Origin: Squalus acanthias
Lineage: Eukaryota
Reading direction: 5' to 3'
NCBI GenBank assembly: GCA_030390025.1
Contig: CM059432.1
Coordinates: forward strand, 76,510,001 to 76,574,000
DNA: 64,000 bases
Of the stretch, positions 49,207-62,706 are shown piece after piece (position 1 is the first letter of the stretch; the number at the start of each line of letters is the position of its first letter). The notes under the pieces were generated by a model. The model was not told the DNA's origin and searched no databases. It saw only the letters and a list, made by a program, of their open reading frames with translations. The translations under genes and the position numbers were made by a program.

Positions 49207-50341
49207 AATGTTGGTGTTCAGAGAGATTTAGGTGTCCAAGTACAAGAAACACAGAGTAAGCATGCAGGTACAGCAAGCAATTAGGAAGGTAACTGGCATG
49301 TTGGCCTTTATTACTAGAGGGTTGGAGTACAAGTGTAAGAAGGGTACGGTAGCATAGTGGTTATGTTACTGGATTAGTAACCCAGAGGCTGGGACTAATA
49401 ATCCAGAGACATGAGTTTAAATCCCACCACGGCAGCTGGGGAATTTAACTTCAGTTAATTAAATAAATTTGGAATTAAAAAGCTGGTATCACTAATGGCA
49501 ACTACCGGATTGTTGGAAAAGCCCAACTGGTTTACTAATGTCCTTTAGGGAAAGAAATCTGGCGTCCTTACCTGGTTTGGCCTATATGTGACTCCAGACC
49601 CACAGCAATGTGGTTGACTCTTAACTGCCCTCTGAAATGGCCTAGCAAGCCACTCAGTTGTAACAAATCGCTATGACAAAGCACTGTGGAACTACATTCA
49701 CCACAAGTACTATAGCTGACCACCACCTTCTCAAGGGAAATTAGGGATAGGCAATAAATACTGGCCTAGCCAGCGATGCCCACATCTTGTGAGTGAATAA
49801 ATTTAAAAAAGAGACTGTGCACAGTTTTGGTTTCCATACCTAAGGAAGAATATACTTGCCTTAGATGCAACAAATGTTCACTAGATTAATTCCTGGGATG
49901 AGAGGGTTGTTCCTCTGAGGAGAGATTGAGTAGATTGGGCCTATACTCTCTGGAGTTTAGAAGAATGAGAGGTGATTTCATTGAAACATTTAAGATTCTG
50001 AGGGGGATTGACAGGATAAATGCTGAGAGGTTGTTTCGCTTGGCTGGAGAGTCTAGAGTTAGGGGGCATAGTCTCAGGATAAGGGGTCGGTCTTTTAAGA
50101 CTGAGATGAGGAGGAATTTCTTCACTCGGAGGGTTGTGAATCTGTGGATGCTCAATTGTCAAGTATATTGAAGACTGAGATAGATAGATTTTTGGACTCT
50201 AGAGGAATCAAGGGATATGGAGATTGGGCAGGAAAGTGGAGTTGAGGTCGAAGATCAGCCATGATTTTATTGAATGGCGGAGCAGGCTCGAGGGGCCGTA
50301 TGGCCTACTCCTGCGCCTAATTCTTATGTTCTTATATTCTT
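49207..50341 (+). mobile_element. CR1 3' fragment containing a SINE
   Basis: ORF 49926-50171 (GLYSLEFRRMRGD), 3' UTR matching 891-980, TTCTTATGTTCTTA tail. Confidence 0.9.
49342..49810 (+). mobile_element. tRNA-derived SINE sharing both ends with the family-B LINE
   Basis: A box 49350-49360, B box 49415-49423; 49343-49676 matches 32588-32930; 49680-49810 matches 39040-39186. Confidence 0.92.
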
Positions 50342-50434
50342 AAAGCTGATGCATTAATGTTGAAAAGATCAGGTGCAACACAAGCAGATCAAAGTTCTCT
50401 TTACACTCTACTAACAAGATGACTTAAATCCAAT

Positions 50435-50990
50435 GGGGCTGAATACCATGCGGGTTCCACCTGTCTCTTGCTGTAACTTTGGTCGGAGACCCGCAGTGGA
50501 GTTACGCCAGTCCCCCGGAGTTTCATCCCCAACTTATTTAAGAAGGCATTCTTATTCATTGTCAATGGGGAAGAATTTCAAGCATCTGCCATGCATGCTC
50601 TGACTAATTTTTACAGTTCTACAGCAGTCTAACCAGCTCTCCTTAAAGGGACTGCTGGGAGCTATGGAAATGTACTTATTTTTAACCTACCTTTTCTGTG
50701 GAGCCAGGGGGAGCAGGGGTGCTCCATGGCAGTACCTCAGGCTGCTGCCAGCCTGCAATCGTCCTCCCCTCCCATTTGCCCTTTCCAGAACTTACCTAAG
50801 GGCCACTGCTGGCGAGGCAATCGCAACATATTTTGATTCATTTGCACGGGTGAGGTAACTCATCACGATTATTACAATGATGCCCGGGACCCAATTTCTG
50901 TCAAGCCTTGGACTTCCTGGTTCAGGCACGTGTTGGTTGTGAACACAATCAATTATGCACCGGAAACAGGCCAAAGCAAATTTTTATCCC
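50435..50990. mobile_element. Harbinger-type MITE (diverged)
   Basis: AAT on both flanks, weak GGG..AAT TIRs, core GGAGCC..GTGCTCC similar to 24075-24100. Confidence 0.5.
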
Positions 50991-51199
50991 AATTAGTGTT
51001 GAATTAGAAGCAGTTTTGTGGTGATGGAGCCCAAATTCCATAATTCCTGGTTGACCCTGCTACTGCCCTTCCTCCTCCAAAGTCTCTATGATGAGATATC
51101 TTTGTAATGCAAATTTGCTCAAGAGGTAGTGCACAACCACAATCCTTTGAGACCTTACACAAACTACATAGCAGGGCTCCCCAGAATGATCCAGGCACC

Positions 51200-52032
51200 T
51201 GAAGTGTACATAAAACATACCAATACTGTACTCAATTGTGACTTTAGTGACTGCATTATACCTTACTCAACCTGTGTCCTGGGATGTTGCACTGGCATTA
51301 TCAACCATAGCTGCAAAGGATAGACTTGATCTCCCAGGAGTCACCCTGAGATGTTGCTTTCAGGGTGGAAGAGTCTTGGCTTCCCAGACTACCTTAAACT
51401 GAATGTATCATGGCAACTCCCAGGGAAGCAAGCAATCACTTGCATGATATAGTACTGTTGGTTACAAATGAGCTGTACATCAAGAGAGTGGAATCCTTTC
51501 CTGTTTGTGTAAGTGATGGTATTGATCAAAAGAACTTTTATTACCACGTAAGTGCAATCTATGAATCCCTGAAACTTCCGGACTCCTATCATTGGGTAAA
51601 ACTGCTGCTGGATGTCCTTGGGGAAGTGGATGAAATTGCTTGTTGCAGCAAACAATACATCTGTGAGTTGTTTAATTCATCTGCGCACAACTTGTATTAG
51701 TGATGTCCCCAGTGTCAGCCTGGTATAACCCTATAGCATAAAGGTTCAGAGGAGGTGTGACCTTAACAGCCATTGGTACCATGGCACCTGTGATGGAGAT
51801 GGGCTATAGGTTGGGATGTAGCATGTGACAGCTTCCTTTGCGAAAAACAGCCTCTGCAGACACTTCTCCTGGGACACCTGGAGGTACGGGTACCTCGCCC
51901 TCTATATTCTGGTGTGAGGGTACCAGCAGGTGGTGCCTGTATCTCTGGTGAAGCTTGACCAGTCTGGTATTTCTCCATTGCTTCTTCTCTTCCAAAAAGC
52001 AAAGATACAAGGAAGCTTACAATGGAAGCCAA
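51200..52032 (-). pseudogene. Highly decayed Harbinger transposase
   Basis: ORF 51389-51655: [37 protein letters not shown] downstream; element ends unclear. Confidence 0.8.
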
Positions 52033-52715
52033 TTATGGCCGGTCTGAAATGTGTGTGTGTGTGTGTGTGTGTAGAGGAGGTGGGGGGTGGTGGGGGTGGG
52101 GAGGTGGTTTAAATCATAGCCCTGCTGTAAACGGCACGAAAGTAGGTGGGAAGATAGTTAGAAACAGCAAAAAGCACAAAGAGGCATAATTGAAAGATTT
52201 CTGAAAATCCTCCCAATCCTTGTCGGTCTCTAAATTCATTTCCAACACTTTTTCCAGCACCTATACACCTTAGGCATAAGTTTTCTAAGGACCAGAACAT
52301 AACTGGATGTAACTGAATTTAAAATAATGCAAAATGGGATGCCACCACGTCATTGCCATCTCACCTGCTTTTGACCATCTGTATATCGATGGGTGCCTTC
52401 TCTGGCTGATGGAAATAGTACTGGAAACTGGGCCGAGCAAAAAAAATGGCAGAGTTCTGGTGGAATGCAACTGCCATCCATTTCCCACTACCAGTTGCCT
52501 AATTTATGACACTAAAACAGGCAGCTGCGAGTGGAAAATCCAGGTTAGACAATTCATAACACACTGAAGGTTTGAGTGGCTTGAAAACTCAATAAAGTTG
52601 CATACATTTAACCAAAATCTACCATAAATGGAAGGGACACATGTGTACCAGATGTATACAGTTGCAGGCATAGAGAAAAAACAGAGCCCTCTCAAAAATA
52701 ACCTCAATGAACAAT

Positions 52716-54103
52716 GGGCTAAAGGTTCGATTACCCCGAAAACAGACGCGGGGATCGCAATGTGCGATCAATCTGCACCTGTTCTTTCTGATGTAATCTG
52801 GTCATTTACATGATTGCAGCATGCAGCCCAGCACTGAATGTGCTGCTGAGTGGCTGCACGCTCAGCAGGGGGCCCAAGTTCGTGTGAGGCTCACCCCAAT
52901 TAAAACTAGCCTGCACTTATTAAAGCCAGCCTGCACCTCTTAAAGGGGAGGTGCAGTTTGACGAGAGCAGGTGCTGGAAGTCATTCCAGAAGTGAGTTTG
53001 ACCTGGCAAAGAAACAGAATTGGCACAACATGCCAGAGAGACAGCGCCAAGGTTTTCCGACACAGCACTGAAGGCATTAGTGCAGGAGGTGGACAGGAGG
53101 AGAGAGGTCCTGCATCCACAGGGGGCCAGGAGGGCCTCCAGACAGACACTGCAAAGGCAGTGGGAGGAAATAGCCATGGAGGTAAATGACAGTAGTGTTG
53201 CCCGGAGGACTTGGATGGAGTGCCGAAAGAAGTTGAATGACCTCACACGAGTGGTCAAAGCCAATGAATGCATCTTCAAATGCCAGATGTCACCAACTGC
53301 ACCACTAGCCTCACACACTGCTCAATGCACCACACCCCCATCACTCACCTACCAACAATCTCTGTCAAACAGGACTCATACCTAACATTCATAACTTCAC
53401 CACACCCTCACACACTTAGCACTGCTGCAAGCCTCACACCCACATCTCACACCTTGCACACACTGCCAGATATTCAAACATGACTGGCCACATCAACCAA
53501 ACACATTGCACCATACTCACTGACACACTTCCTTCTCTCTTGCAGGAGAAGGTGGCACACAACCACAGGCAACAGAAGCTAACCAGAGGTAAACAGGCGC
53601 ACCTGCATATCCTAGCCCAGATGGAGGAGATGGTGCTTGGCATTATTGGAGTGGCCGTGGCTGAGGCTGTGGCCAGTGGCGTGGTTGAAACCATTGAAGA
53701 TGATGGTATCCTCTACAAACTCACCAAGAGCCAGTAGAAATCAATCAGCAACTAACCTGAAAGCAGGTGTTGATCACTTTAAATAGCACTAGTAGGAGTC
53801 CTTCCTGCTGCTGAACGCTTGTTCAGCTGTGAGAGGTTAAGAGAGGGTGTTAGCTCCAGAATTGAGGTAGAAAATTGCAGCGCTGGTGTCAAATCAGCGT
53901 TGCACACTGATTGACATCATGATCTTTGTATTCTGCATACTTCCGGCCCATGCTCCCTATACCGAAGCAAAGGACCTCACCAAAATGGCGTCTGGCGCAG
54001 CCCACACCAGATGTGTGCACGTGTGGCGCAGATGCCATTTTTGACACAAAACGGCACCCGTAACGTCCAAAAATTGGGCGCTCCGGAGCCAAATTTCTCG
54101 GCC
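52716..54103 (+). mobile_element. Harbinger deletion derivative retaining Myb exons 1-2
   Basis: 53020-53260 APRFSDTALKALV..WEEIA..TWMECRKKLNDL; exon 2 from 53547 (EKVAHN..); right end ATTTCTCGGCC; left TIR and TSD weak. Confidence 0.7.
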
Positions 54104-55208
54104 TACTTCAGTAACAGCAATCTATAGCTTATGCTCACCTTAATGTAGCTTTTTTTGATTTTAGCTGAAGTTAACTCTTTAATAAAGAACATAAGAAAGG
54201 ATGAAACAAGAATAAACTATTTGACCCATTCTTGCTACTCTTTCCACAAATGATGTTTGTGAATATGAGAATATGAGAGTAAACTAGCAAGAGACATAAA
54301 ACAGACTGTATGTAAACAGGAAAAGATTAGTGAAAGTAAATGTGGGTCCCTTACATGCTGAAACAGGAGAAATTATAATGGGGAATAAGGAAATGGCAGA
54401 GAAATTAAACAAATACTTTGTGTCTGTCTTCACGAAAGAAGACGCAAAAACTTCTCGGAAATAGTGGAGAACCAAGGGTCTAGCGAGAATGAGGAACTGA
54501 AAGAATTTAGTATTAGTAAAAAAATAGTACTGGAGAAATTAATGGGACTGAAAGCAGCTAAATCCCCTGGACCTGATGGCCTACATCCTAGGGTTTTGAA
54601 AGAGGTGGCTATAGAGATAGTGGATGCCTTGGTTGTCATTTTCCAAAATTCCATAGATTCTAGAACAGTTCCCGTGGATTGGAAGGTCGCCAATGTAACC
54701 CCACTATTTAAGAAAGGAGGGAGAGAAAAAATCGGGCACTACAGACCAGTTAGCCTGACATCAGTAGTGGAGAAAATGCTAGAATCTATTATTAAGGACG
54801 TGGTAACAGGGCACTTAGAAAATAATAATAGGATTGGACAGAGTCAACACGGATTTATGAAAGGGAAATCGTGTTTGGTGAATCTGTTAGAGTTTTTTGA
54901 GGTTGTAACTAACAGAATAGATAAGGGGGAACCAGTGGATGTGGTGTATTTGGATTTTCAGAAGGCATTCGATAAGGTGCCACACAAGAGGTTATTAAAC
55001 AAAATTAGGGCTCATGGGATTGGGGGTAATTACTAGCATGGATTGAAGATTGGTTAACGGACAGAAAACAGAGAATAGGAATAAACGGATCATTTTCGGG
55101 TTGGCAGGCTGTAACTAGTGGGGTACCGCAAGGATCAGTGCTTGGGCTTCAGCTATTCACAATCTATATCAATGATTTGGATGAGGGGACCAAATGTAAT
55201 ATATCCAA

Positions 55209-58200
55209 TCTCTGTGGGAGAGAAGAACAGAACAAAAGTGTGGATAAAAAATATATATATATGTTATGATCTGAAATTGTTGAATTCAATGTTGAGTCCA
55301 GAAGGCTGTAAAGTGCCTAATCGAAAGATGAGGTGCTGTTCCTCGAGCTTATGCTGAGCTTCCGTGGAACAATGCAAGAGGCCGAGGATGGTGAGGTCTG
55401 AATGGGAGTGGAGCAGTGAATTAAAGTGACAGGCGACCGGAAGCTCGGGGTCCCCCTTACGGACTGAACGGAGGTGTTCCGCAAAGTGGTCACCCAATCT
55501 GCGTTTGGTCTCCCCAATGTAGAGGAGACCACATCGTGAGCAGCGAATACAGTATACTAAATTGCAAGAAGTACAAGTAAATCGCTGTTTCACCTGGAAG
55601 GGGTGTTTGGGGCCCTGGACAGTGGGAAGTGGGGAGGTATAAGGGCATGTGTTGCATCTCCTGCGCTTGCACAGGAAGGTGCCGGGGAAGGGGTGTTGGG
55701 GGTGATAGAGGAGTGGACTAGGGTGTCGCGGAGGGAGCGGTCCCTACGGAATGCTGAAAGGGGAGGTGAGGGGAAGATGCGTTTGGTGGTGGGATCACGC
55801 TGGAGGTGGCGGAAATGGCGGAGGATGATACGTTGAATGTGGAGGCTGGTGGGGTGAAAGGTGAGGACAAGGGGAACTCTATCGTGGTTCCGGGAGGGAG
55901 GAGCAGGGGTGAGGGCAGAAGTGCGGGAGATAGAACGGACACGGTCGAGGGCCGTGTCAACCACTGTAGAGGGAAATCCTCGGTTGAGGAAAAAGGAAGA
56001 CATGTCGGAAGCACTGGTATGGAAGGTGGCATCGTCAGAGCAGATGCGGCGGAGACAGAGAAACTGGGAGAATGGAATAGAGTCCTTACAGGAGGCGGGG
56101 TGGGAGGAAGTGTAGTCCAGGTAGCTGTGGGAGTCAGTGGGCTTGTAGTGAATGTTGGTCAATAATCTATCCCCAGAGATGGAGACGGAGAAGTTGAGGA
56201 AGGGAAGGGAAGAGTCGGAGATGTATCATGTGAAGGTGAGGGAAGGGTGGAAATTGGAAGCAAAGTGAATGAAATTATCTAGTTCAGGACAAGAGCAGGA
56301 AACGGCACTGATACAGTCATCAATGTACCGGAAAAAGAGGTGAGGGAGGGGACCTGTGTAGGACTGGAACAAAGAGTGTTCCACATATCCCACGAAAAGG
56401 CAGGCATAGCTAGGACCCATGTGGGTTCCCATAGCTACACCTTTGATTTGGAGGAAGTAAGTGGAGTCAAAGGAGAAGTTGTTCAATGTGAGAACAAGTT
56501 CAGCCAGGCGGAGGAGGGTGGTGGTGGATGGGGACTGGTTGGGCCTCTGTTCAAGGAAGAAGCGGAGCGCCCTCAGGCCATCCTGGTGGGGGATGGAGAT
56601 GTAGAGGGATTGTATGTCCATAGTGAAAAGGAGGCGGTTGGGGCCAGGAAACTGGAAACTGTTAAAGTGGCGGAGGATATCCTGTTTGTGGATATTGGGA
56701 AGGAGGTAGAAGCGGGCTGTGCGGGGTTGGGGAACTATGAGGTTGGCGGCCATGGGGGGAAGATCTCCAGAGGAGATGAGGTCAGTGACAGTCTTGGAAA
56801 CGGTGGCTTGATGTTCGGTAGTGGGGTCATGGTCCAGGCGGAGGTAGGAGGAGGTGTCGGAGAGTTGGCGTTCAGCTTCCGCTAGGTAGAGGTCGGTTCG
56901 CCAAACAACAACAGCACCACCCTTGTCAGCCGGTTTAATGACAATGTCAGGGTTGGATCTGAGAGAATGGAGTGCTGCAAGTTCAGAGGGAGGTAGGTTG
57001 GAGTGAGTGAGGGCAGCAGAGAAATGGAGACGGCCGATGTTACGCCGGCAGTTTGCAATGAAAAGATCTAGAGAGGGTAAGAGGCCAGAGGGAGGGGTCC
57101 AGGTAGAACGAGAATTCTGAAAGCGGGAGAAAGGGTCAGCCGTGCGGCGGGAAGACTCCTGGCCAAAGAAGTGGGCACGGAGGCGAAGGCGGCGGAAAAA
57201 GAGCTCAGCATCGTGCCGAGCTCGAAATTCAAGGGGATGAAGCTTAGGCCTTTGCTAAGGACTGATCGTTCGGGGTCAGAGAGGGGAAGGTCAGAGGGGA
57301 TAGTGAAAACGCGGCAGGGGGTGAGATTGGGAGAAGGGATGGGGTCAGAGGAAAGTGAAGGGGAAGAAGGTTCCGGAGGGGCGTTGGTGTACAAGAGTTG
57401 TTGAAGCTTGCGATCCTTGACACCTGAAAGGAAGAAAGAAATTTTTTGTTAAAGCGCCGGATGAGGCGAAGGATGAAATGGAACTGCGGACCAGGACAGC
57501 TTTGAGATAGAGTGAGTCGGTGCTGCTGAAGAGAGAGGTCGAGAGTGTTCATGTGACGTCGCATGGCATTCAGCGTGGATCTCAGGATATGGCGAGAGCA
57601 GTGGTTCGAGGAACGCTGAATATCTTGGAGATATCTGTAGTCCTGGGTGGTTCCAAAACACGAAGGGTGGAATTTCAGTTGGAATCCACGTGGAGTAAGT
57701 CAGAGCCGGAGACAGTTGCTGAGGAAAGATATGTGGCTGTGAAAGCAAGTTTTGGTAGATACCTGATCAAACACGAGAAGGGAGACAGAAAGCAATGAAG
57801 ATGAACAAGGTAAAAGAGACAAACGGAAATCCCGTCGAAGAGAAGAGCAGAACTTCTTCAAGGTGGGCATTCCTGGAAGAGAGGTGGCAGTGGACCAAAC
57901 ACTAATACAAAAACAAAATACTGCAGATGCTGGAAATCTGAAATAAAAACAGAAAATGCTGGAGACACTCAGCAGGTCAGGCAGCATCTGTGAAGAGAGA
58001 AACAGAGTTAACGTTTCAGGTCGATGACCTTTCGTCAGAACTGGAAAAAAGCAGGAAATGTAACAGATTTTTAAGCAAGTGTAGTGGCTGGGAAATGGGG
58101 GAGGGGATGAAAGAACAAAAGGGAAGGCCTGTGATAGGCTGGAAGGCAGGAGAGATTAAGAGACATTGAGAGACATTAAGAGATATTCAAGGCAAAAGGG

Positions 58201-58590
58201 GATGGTAATGGGACAGGTTAAGAAACAAAGGATGGCTCTAGATGAAGTGTAAATTGCACTGGCAGAATGGAAGACAGCTGCCCTGTGGGAGAGAAGAACA
58301 GAACAAAAGTGTGGATAAAAAATATATATATATGTTATGATCTGAAATTGTTGAATTCTATGTTGAGTCCAGAAGGCTGTAACGTGCCTAATCGAAAGAT
58401 GAGGTGCTGTTCCTCGAGCTTAAGCTGAGCTTCCGTGGAACAATGTAAGAGGCCGAGGATGGTGAGGTCTGAGTGGGAGTGGAGCAGTGAATTAAAGTGA
58501 CAGGCGACTGGAAGCTCGGGGTCCCCCTTACGGACTGAACGGAGGTGTTCCGCAAAGCGGTCACCCAATCTGTGTTTGGTCTCCCCAATG
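55209..58590 (-). mobile_element. Penelope-like element with pseudo-LTR (partial tandem) structure
   Basis: RT (GVAMGT, RYIDD) and GIY-YIG (LYIGETKRRL..EH); direct repeat 55211-55520 / 58283-58592; TSD AAT(A/G)TATCCAA; frameshifted ORF about 57870 to 55264. Confidence 0.93.
58006..58042 (-). ncRNA. Minimal type I hammerhead ribozyme in the Penelope pseudo-LTR
   Basis: Minus strand AGTT-CTGACGA-a-AGGTC atc GACCT-GAAAC-GTT-AACT: conserved core, stem II, 4-bp stem I, palindromic stem III. Confidence 0.8.
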
Positions 58591-59706
58591 TATCCAAGTT
58601 TGCTGATGATACAAAGCTGGGTGGGAATGCAAGTTGTGAGGAGGATGCAAAGAGACTTCAAGGTGATATAGACAAGATAAGTGAGTGGGCAGGAACATGG
58701 CAAATGGAATATAATGTGGAGAAATGTGAAATTAACCACTTTGGTAGGAAAAATAGAATAGCAGAGTATTTTTTAAATGGTGAGAGATTGGGAAATGTTG
58801 GTGTTCAGAGGGACCTGGGTGTCCTTGTACACGAATCACTGAAAGTTAACATGCAGGTACAGTTAGGAAAGCAAATGGTATGTTGGCCTTTATTACAAGA
58901 GGATTTGAGTATAAGAGTAAAGACGTCTTACTGCAATTGTATAGGGCCCTGATGAGACCACACCTGGAGTATTGCGTACAGTTTTGGTCTCCTTACCTAA
59001 GGAAGGATATACTTGCCATAGAGGGAGTGCAACAAAGGTTCACCAGACTGATTCCTGGGATGGGGGTGATTGTCCTAAGAGGAGAGATTGAGTAGACTAG
59101 GCCTATATTCTCTAGAGTTTAGAAGAATGAGGGGTGATCTCATTGAAACATACAAAATTCTTACAGGGCTTGAGAGGGTAGATGCAGGGAGGATGTTTCC
59201 CCTGACTGGGGAGTCTAGAACCAGGGGTCACAGTCTCAGAATAAGCAGTCGACCATTTAGGACTGAGATGAGGAGAAATTTCTTCACTCAGAAGGTGAGG
59301 AATCTTTGGAATTCTCTACCCCAAAAGGCTGTGGAGGCTCAGTCGTTGAGGATATTCAAGACAGAGATTGATAGATTTTTGAATATTAAGGGAATCAAGG
59401 GATACGGGGATAGTGCAGGAAAGTGGAGTTGAGGTAGAAGATCAGCCATGATCTTATTGAATGGCGGAGCAGACTCAAGGGGCCAAATGGCCACTCCTGC
59501 TCCTATTTCTTATGTTCTTATGATGTTCAATCGACCTTATCATGGATTGTATTAGGCCCCCTTAATCTCCTGAAGGAAAGGTTTGCCTAAATACTGATTC
59601 TTAAGGATCAGCAAGAAACCTCTGTAATATCTTTACACTGCCACACCGCTGAAAACCTGGCTGACTGCTCTCTCCCTCTCTTTACTATCAGAGGAACGGA
59701 CATATG

Positions 59707-60336
59707 GGGGTAGATATTTTTGCATGCCCATTTCTGGATGCGCAGGGAAGGGGTGCAGGGAATGATTCATGCGCCTGAATGGTGAGGTCCGAGGCCCCCC
59801 TGATATTGGGTCTCAGGTCTCAGTTCCATCCAGCCAGCGAGACTTTAAATGCTCGCTATTGAACAGTGAATGAAGATCGGGCCACTGCTAGCATCGCAGC
59901 GGCCCTTAGGTAAGTGAGGACCGGGTCGGTAGATTGGAGGCCGGGAGTGGGGGTGGTTAGCAACAGAGATCAGGCATTGGCGGAAGGAGTGGAGCGGTGA
60001 TGGGCAGATTCTTTAAATGTACGGTCCGGACGGGCACAAATGCTCCTCCCATCTCCACATTCAGGTAAAAGTATTTCAAAAATTTACCTTGTTGATAACA
60101 TGCGGTGCCAGAGTCTATTGTTTCTGAGTGCCAAACAAATCTTGCAGCGGAGGCCTCAAACAAGCGTTAGGCCCCTCTTTTGCATATGCGAAGGGCCTAA
60201 CGCCTGTTTCAGGCGTGGGAACTGCACATTCAATTTTTGTCCTTTCCCAATATGGCGGGCGGCGCACTTCTGGCTGGAAATATGTGCGTTTTTCCTGCCC
60301 ACCATACTGGGTGTTGTGCAGCTGGATTTCTAGGCC
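59707..60336 (-). mobile_element. Harbinger-type MITE
   Basis: Right end reads GGCCTAGAAAT on minus; homologous to 23714-24387. Confidence 0.7.
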
Positions 60337-61207
60337 ACAATGTATCCCTGTCGCTAAGCTAAGAAATTGAAATGAGAGCTTAATTGAACTCTGATGAAAA
60401 ATTAACTTTGAGTTAATTGCAAAATAGTATTTTATTGATTTGGGAATAACTGGGCTGGCTTAATACCCATTTACTGCCAAAAGTGTCATCCTTCACAACC
60501 ATCAATCTGAATATAGGGCTGTACTTTAAATTCATGTTGAGTTTCATTTTATCTCACATATTGAGTATTGACATAAATACCAGCAAGCCTTTAATCATTA
60601 TTTTTTCAGTAAATCTCTGAAATTGCAAACTGATGCTGCCTATGCTGCTTTTGGGCAGCAAAACTTCAGCACGTTCGTCTGCTGGTTATTCAGTGGATCT
60701 AATTTCAATCTAAATTCAAGGCATCAGGAAGTTTAGTGTCCAAGGCCTAGAAATTCCGGGGTTTAGCGCCGGCTGTTACCGCCCGATTGAGGACAAAAAT
60801 GGCGGCCACCGCACTTCCGCCCGCTGGGCGGCAGCGCTGCCGGTGTCCGCACTCACAATAATTATGGAGATTATGCAGATCATGACGTCAGTGATTGTGC
60901 AACGCTCACTTGACACCCGATCTGTGATTTTTGAGTTCACCGCTCCACTTACTATTTTAATTCTGACCAGCTGAGCAAGCATTGACAAGCAGGAAGGAGC
61001 CTCCAGCAGCATTACTTAAAGGCATCATCAGCAACAACTTGCAGCTGACATGTTTCTTCAGTTTGACTGGCTCTGTGGAACTTGCTGCAACTCTAGCAGC
61101 TTTCTAAACTTCTTTCAAGTTCCTAATGTAACAGGGAGTGTTGGTGCAAGTGGAGAACATTGTCATTCTTATTTAAAGGCTTCTGCTCACAACACTTGCT
61201 CACAGTC

Positions 61208-62467
61208 ATGAGGGCTTTACTGCCAGTCCCCTTCGCGCTCGAGTATCTTCAGGAGAGGGAGCGGAGGCAGCGAAGAAGAGGAGAAGATGCTCGCAGAGGG
61301 AGGAGGAGGAGGGCTAAGAGGGCTCTCACAGGAAGCCTTACCCACCTATGGTCGGCAGAGAGCACTTCTCTTATATCCACTTAAGCGAGGAGTAGTCTAT
61401 TAGGAGGCTCCGCTTCAGCAAGGAGATGGTCACAGAACTCTGCCACCTCCTGCAACCAGAACTGCAGCCTCAGAGCAGGGGGACCACGGCTCTCCCAGTA
61501 GCCCTCAAGGTCACTGTGGCGCTCAATTTCTTCACCAGCGGATCCTTCCTGTCTGCAGCAGGAGACATAGCTAACATCGCCCAGTTCGCCGTCTATCGCT
61601 GCATTCAGGAGGTCACAGAGACTCTCTACACCAGGAGAAGGGACTACGTTTTCCTCTCTCTGAGCAGAGAGAAGCAGGATGAGTGCGCATGTGGCTTTGC
61701 CAGGATAGAGGGGTTCCCCATGGTGCAGGGTGCTATCGACAGCATCCACGTGGCTTTGCAGGCGCCGCATAACAATCCTGAGATCTTCCGTAACCACAAA
61801 GGCTACCACTCACTTAATGTGCAGTTGTTGTGCAACCACACCCAGCGCATCCTGATGGTCAATGCCCGCTATCCTGGCAGCAGTCATGATGCCTTCTTCC
61901 TGCGTCAGTCCGGTGTGCCAGCAATCTTCCAGCCACCACATCAAACCCGAGGGTGGCTGCTCGGAGACAAGGGCTATCCGCTCTGCACCTGGCTCATGAA
62001 TCCCTTTCACAACACCAACACGCGTGTCCAGCACTCATACAAGAGAGCCATGCTGCCACCAGGAACATCATCGAGCAGACCATCGGGCTGCTGAAGCAAC
62101 TGTTCCACTGCCTTGACTGCTTGGGAGGAGCCCCCCAGCACTCAGCGGAGCGGGTGTCCTATTTCGTAGTGGCCTGCTGCATGCTTCACAACTTGGCCAT
62201 TATAGAAACATAGAAACATAGAAGATAGGAGCAGGAGTAGGCCATTCGGGTATGAAGGTGCAGCCCTTGCCAGCAGGGATTGTGGGACCACCTCAGGAAG
62301 AGGATGAGGGAGAGGAGGAGGAGGAATAGGAAGATAAAGAGGAAGAGCCAGAGGAGGAGGACGAGGAGGAAGAGGAGGAGGACAAGGAGGAAGGGAGGAG
62401 GCAGGCAGCAAATTTCCCTTCGGCACAGGCTGCCCATGAGTGCCTCATCAGACTCTGATTCCAGTGA
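61208..62467 (+). pseudogene. Harbinger DDE transposase, frameshifted
   Basis: GAIDSIH, NHKGYHSLNVQ, YPGSSHD, LGDKGY, IIEQ; acidic tail; 47-bp CR1 insertion. Confidence 0.92.
62204..62250 (-). mobile_element. 47-bp CR1 extreme 3' end
   Basis: Matches 29147-29193; TAT duplicated (62201-03 / 62251-53). Confidence 0.9.
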
Positions 62468-62706
62468 ATGAAACCGTAGATCCCTGTTGCTCACCACATC
62501 CTCAACAACCACATCCCCATCATACCATCCCTCTGTCACGGAATATCACAGTGTCCTCCTGGGCACAAAGCAGAAATGAGAACCACCACAAAATAAACAT
62601 TCCAAACAAAATTAATACATTTATCAATAATCAATTCACACATACTATATCAACTTAATCTTGTGCAATCCCTTAGTGCCTGTCGTTCAGGTGCCCTTTC
62701 CTGATC

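Larger units (their letters stand above)
54282..59521 (+). mobile_element. CR1 family A, 5'-truncated, split by a Penelope-like element
   Basis: RT ORF 54464-55036, resumes at about 58590 (SKFADDTKL), C-terminus 59088-59432, TTCTTATGTTCTTA tail. Confidence 0.93.

Noticed and set aside
53020..53737. Host MSANTD/NAIF1-type gene
   Set aside because: Splice donor lost, truncated after exon 2, adjoins a Harbinger-like end
58335..58952. CR1/GIY-YIG fusion ORFs
   Set aside because: Chance read-through across the Penelope/CR1 junction on opposite strands
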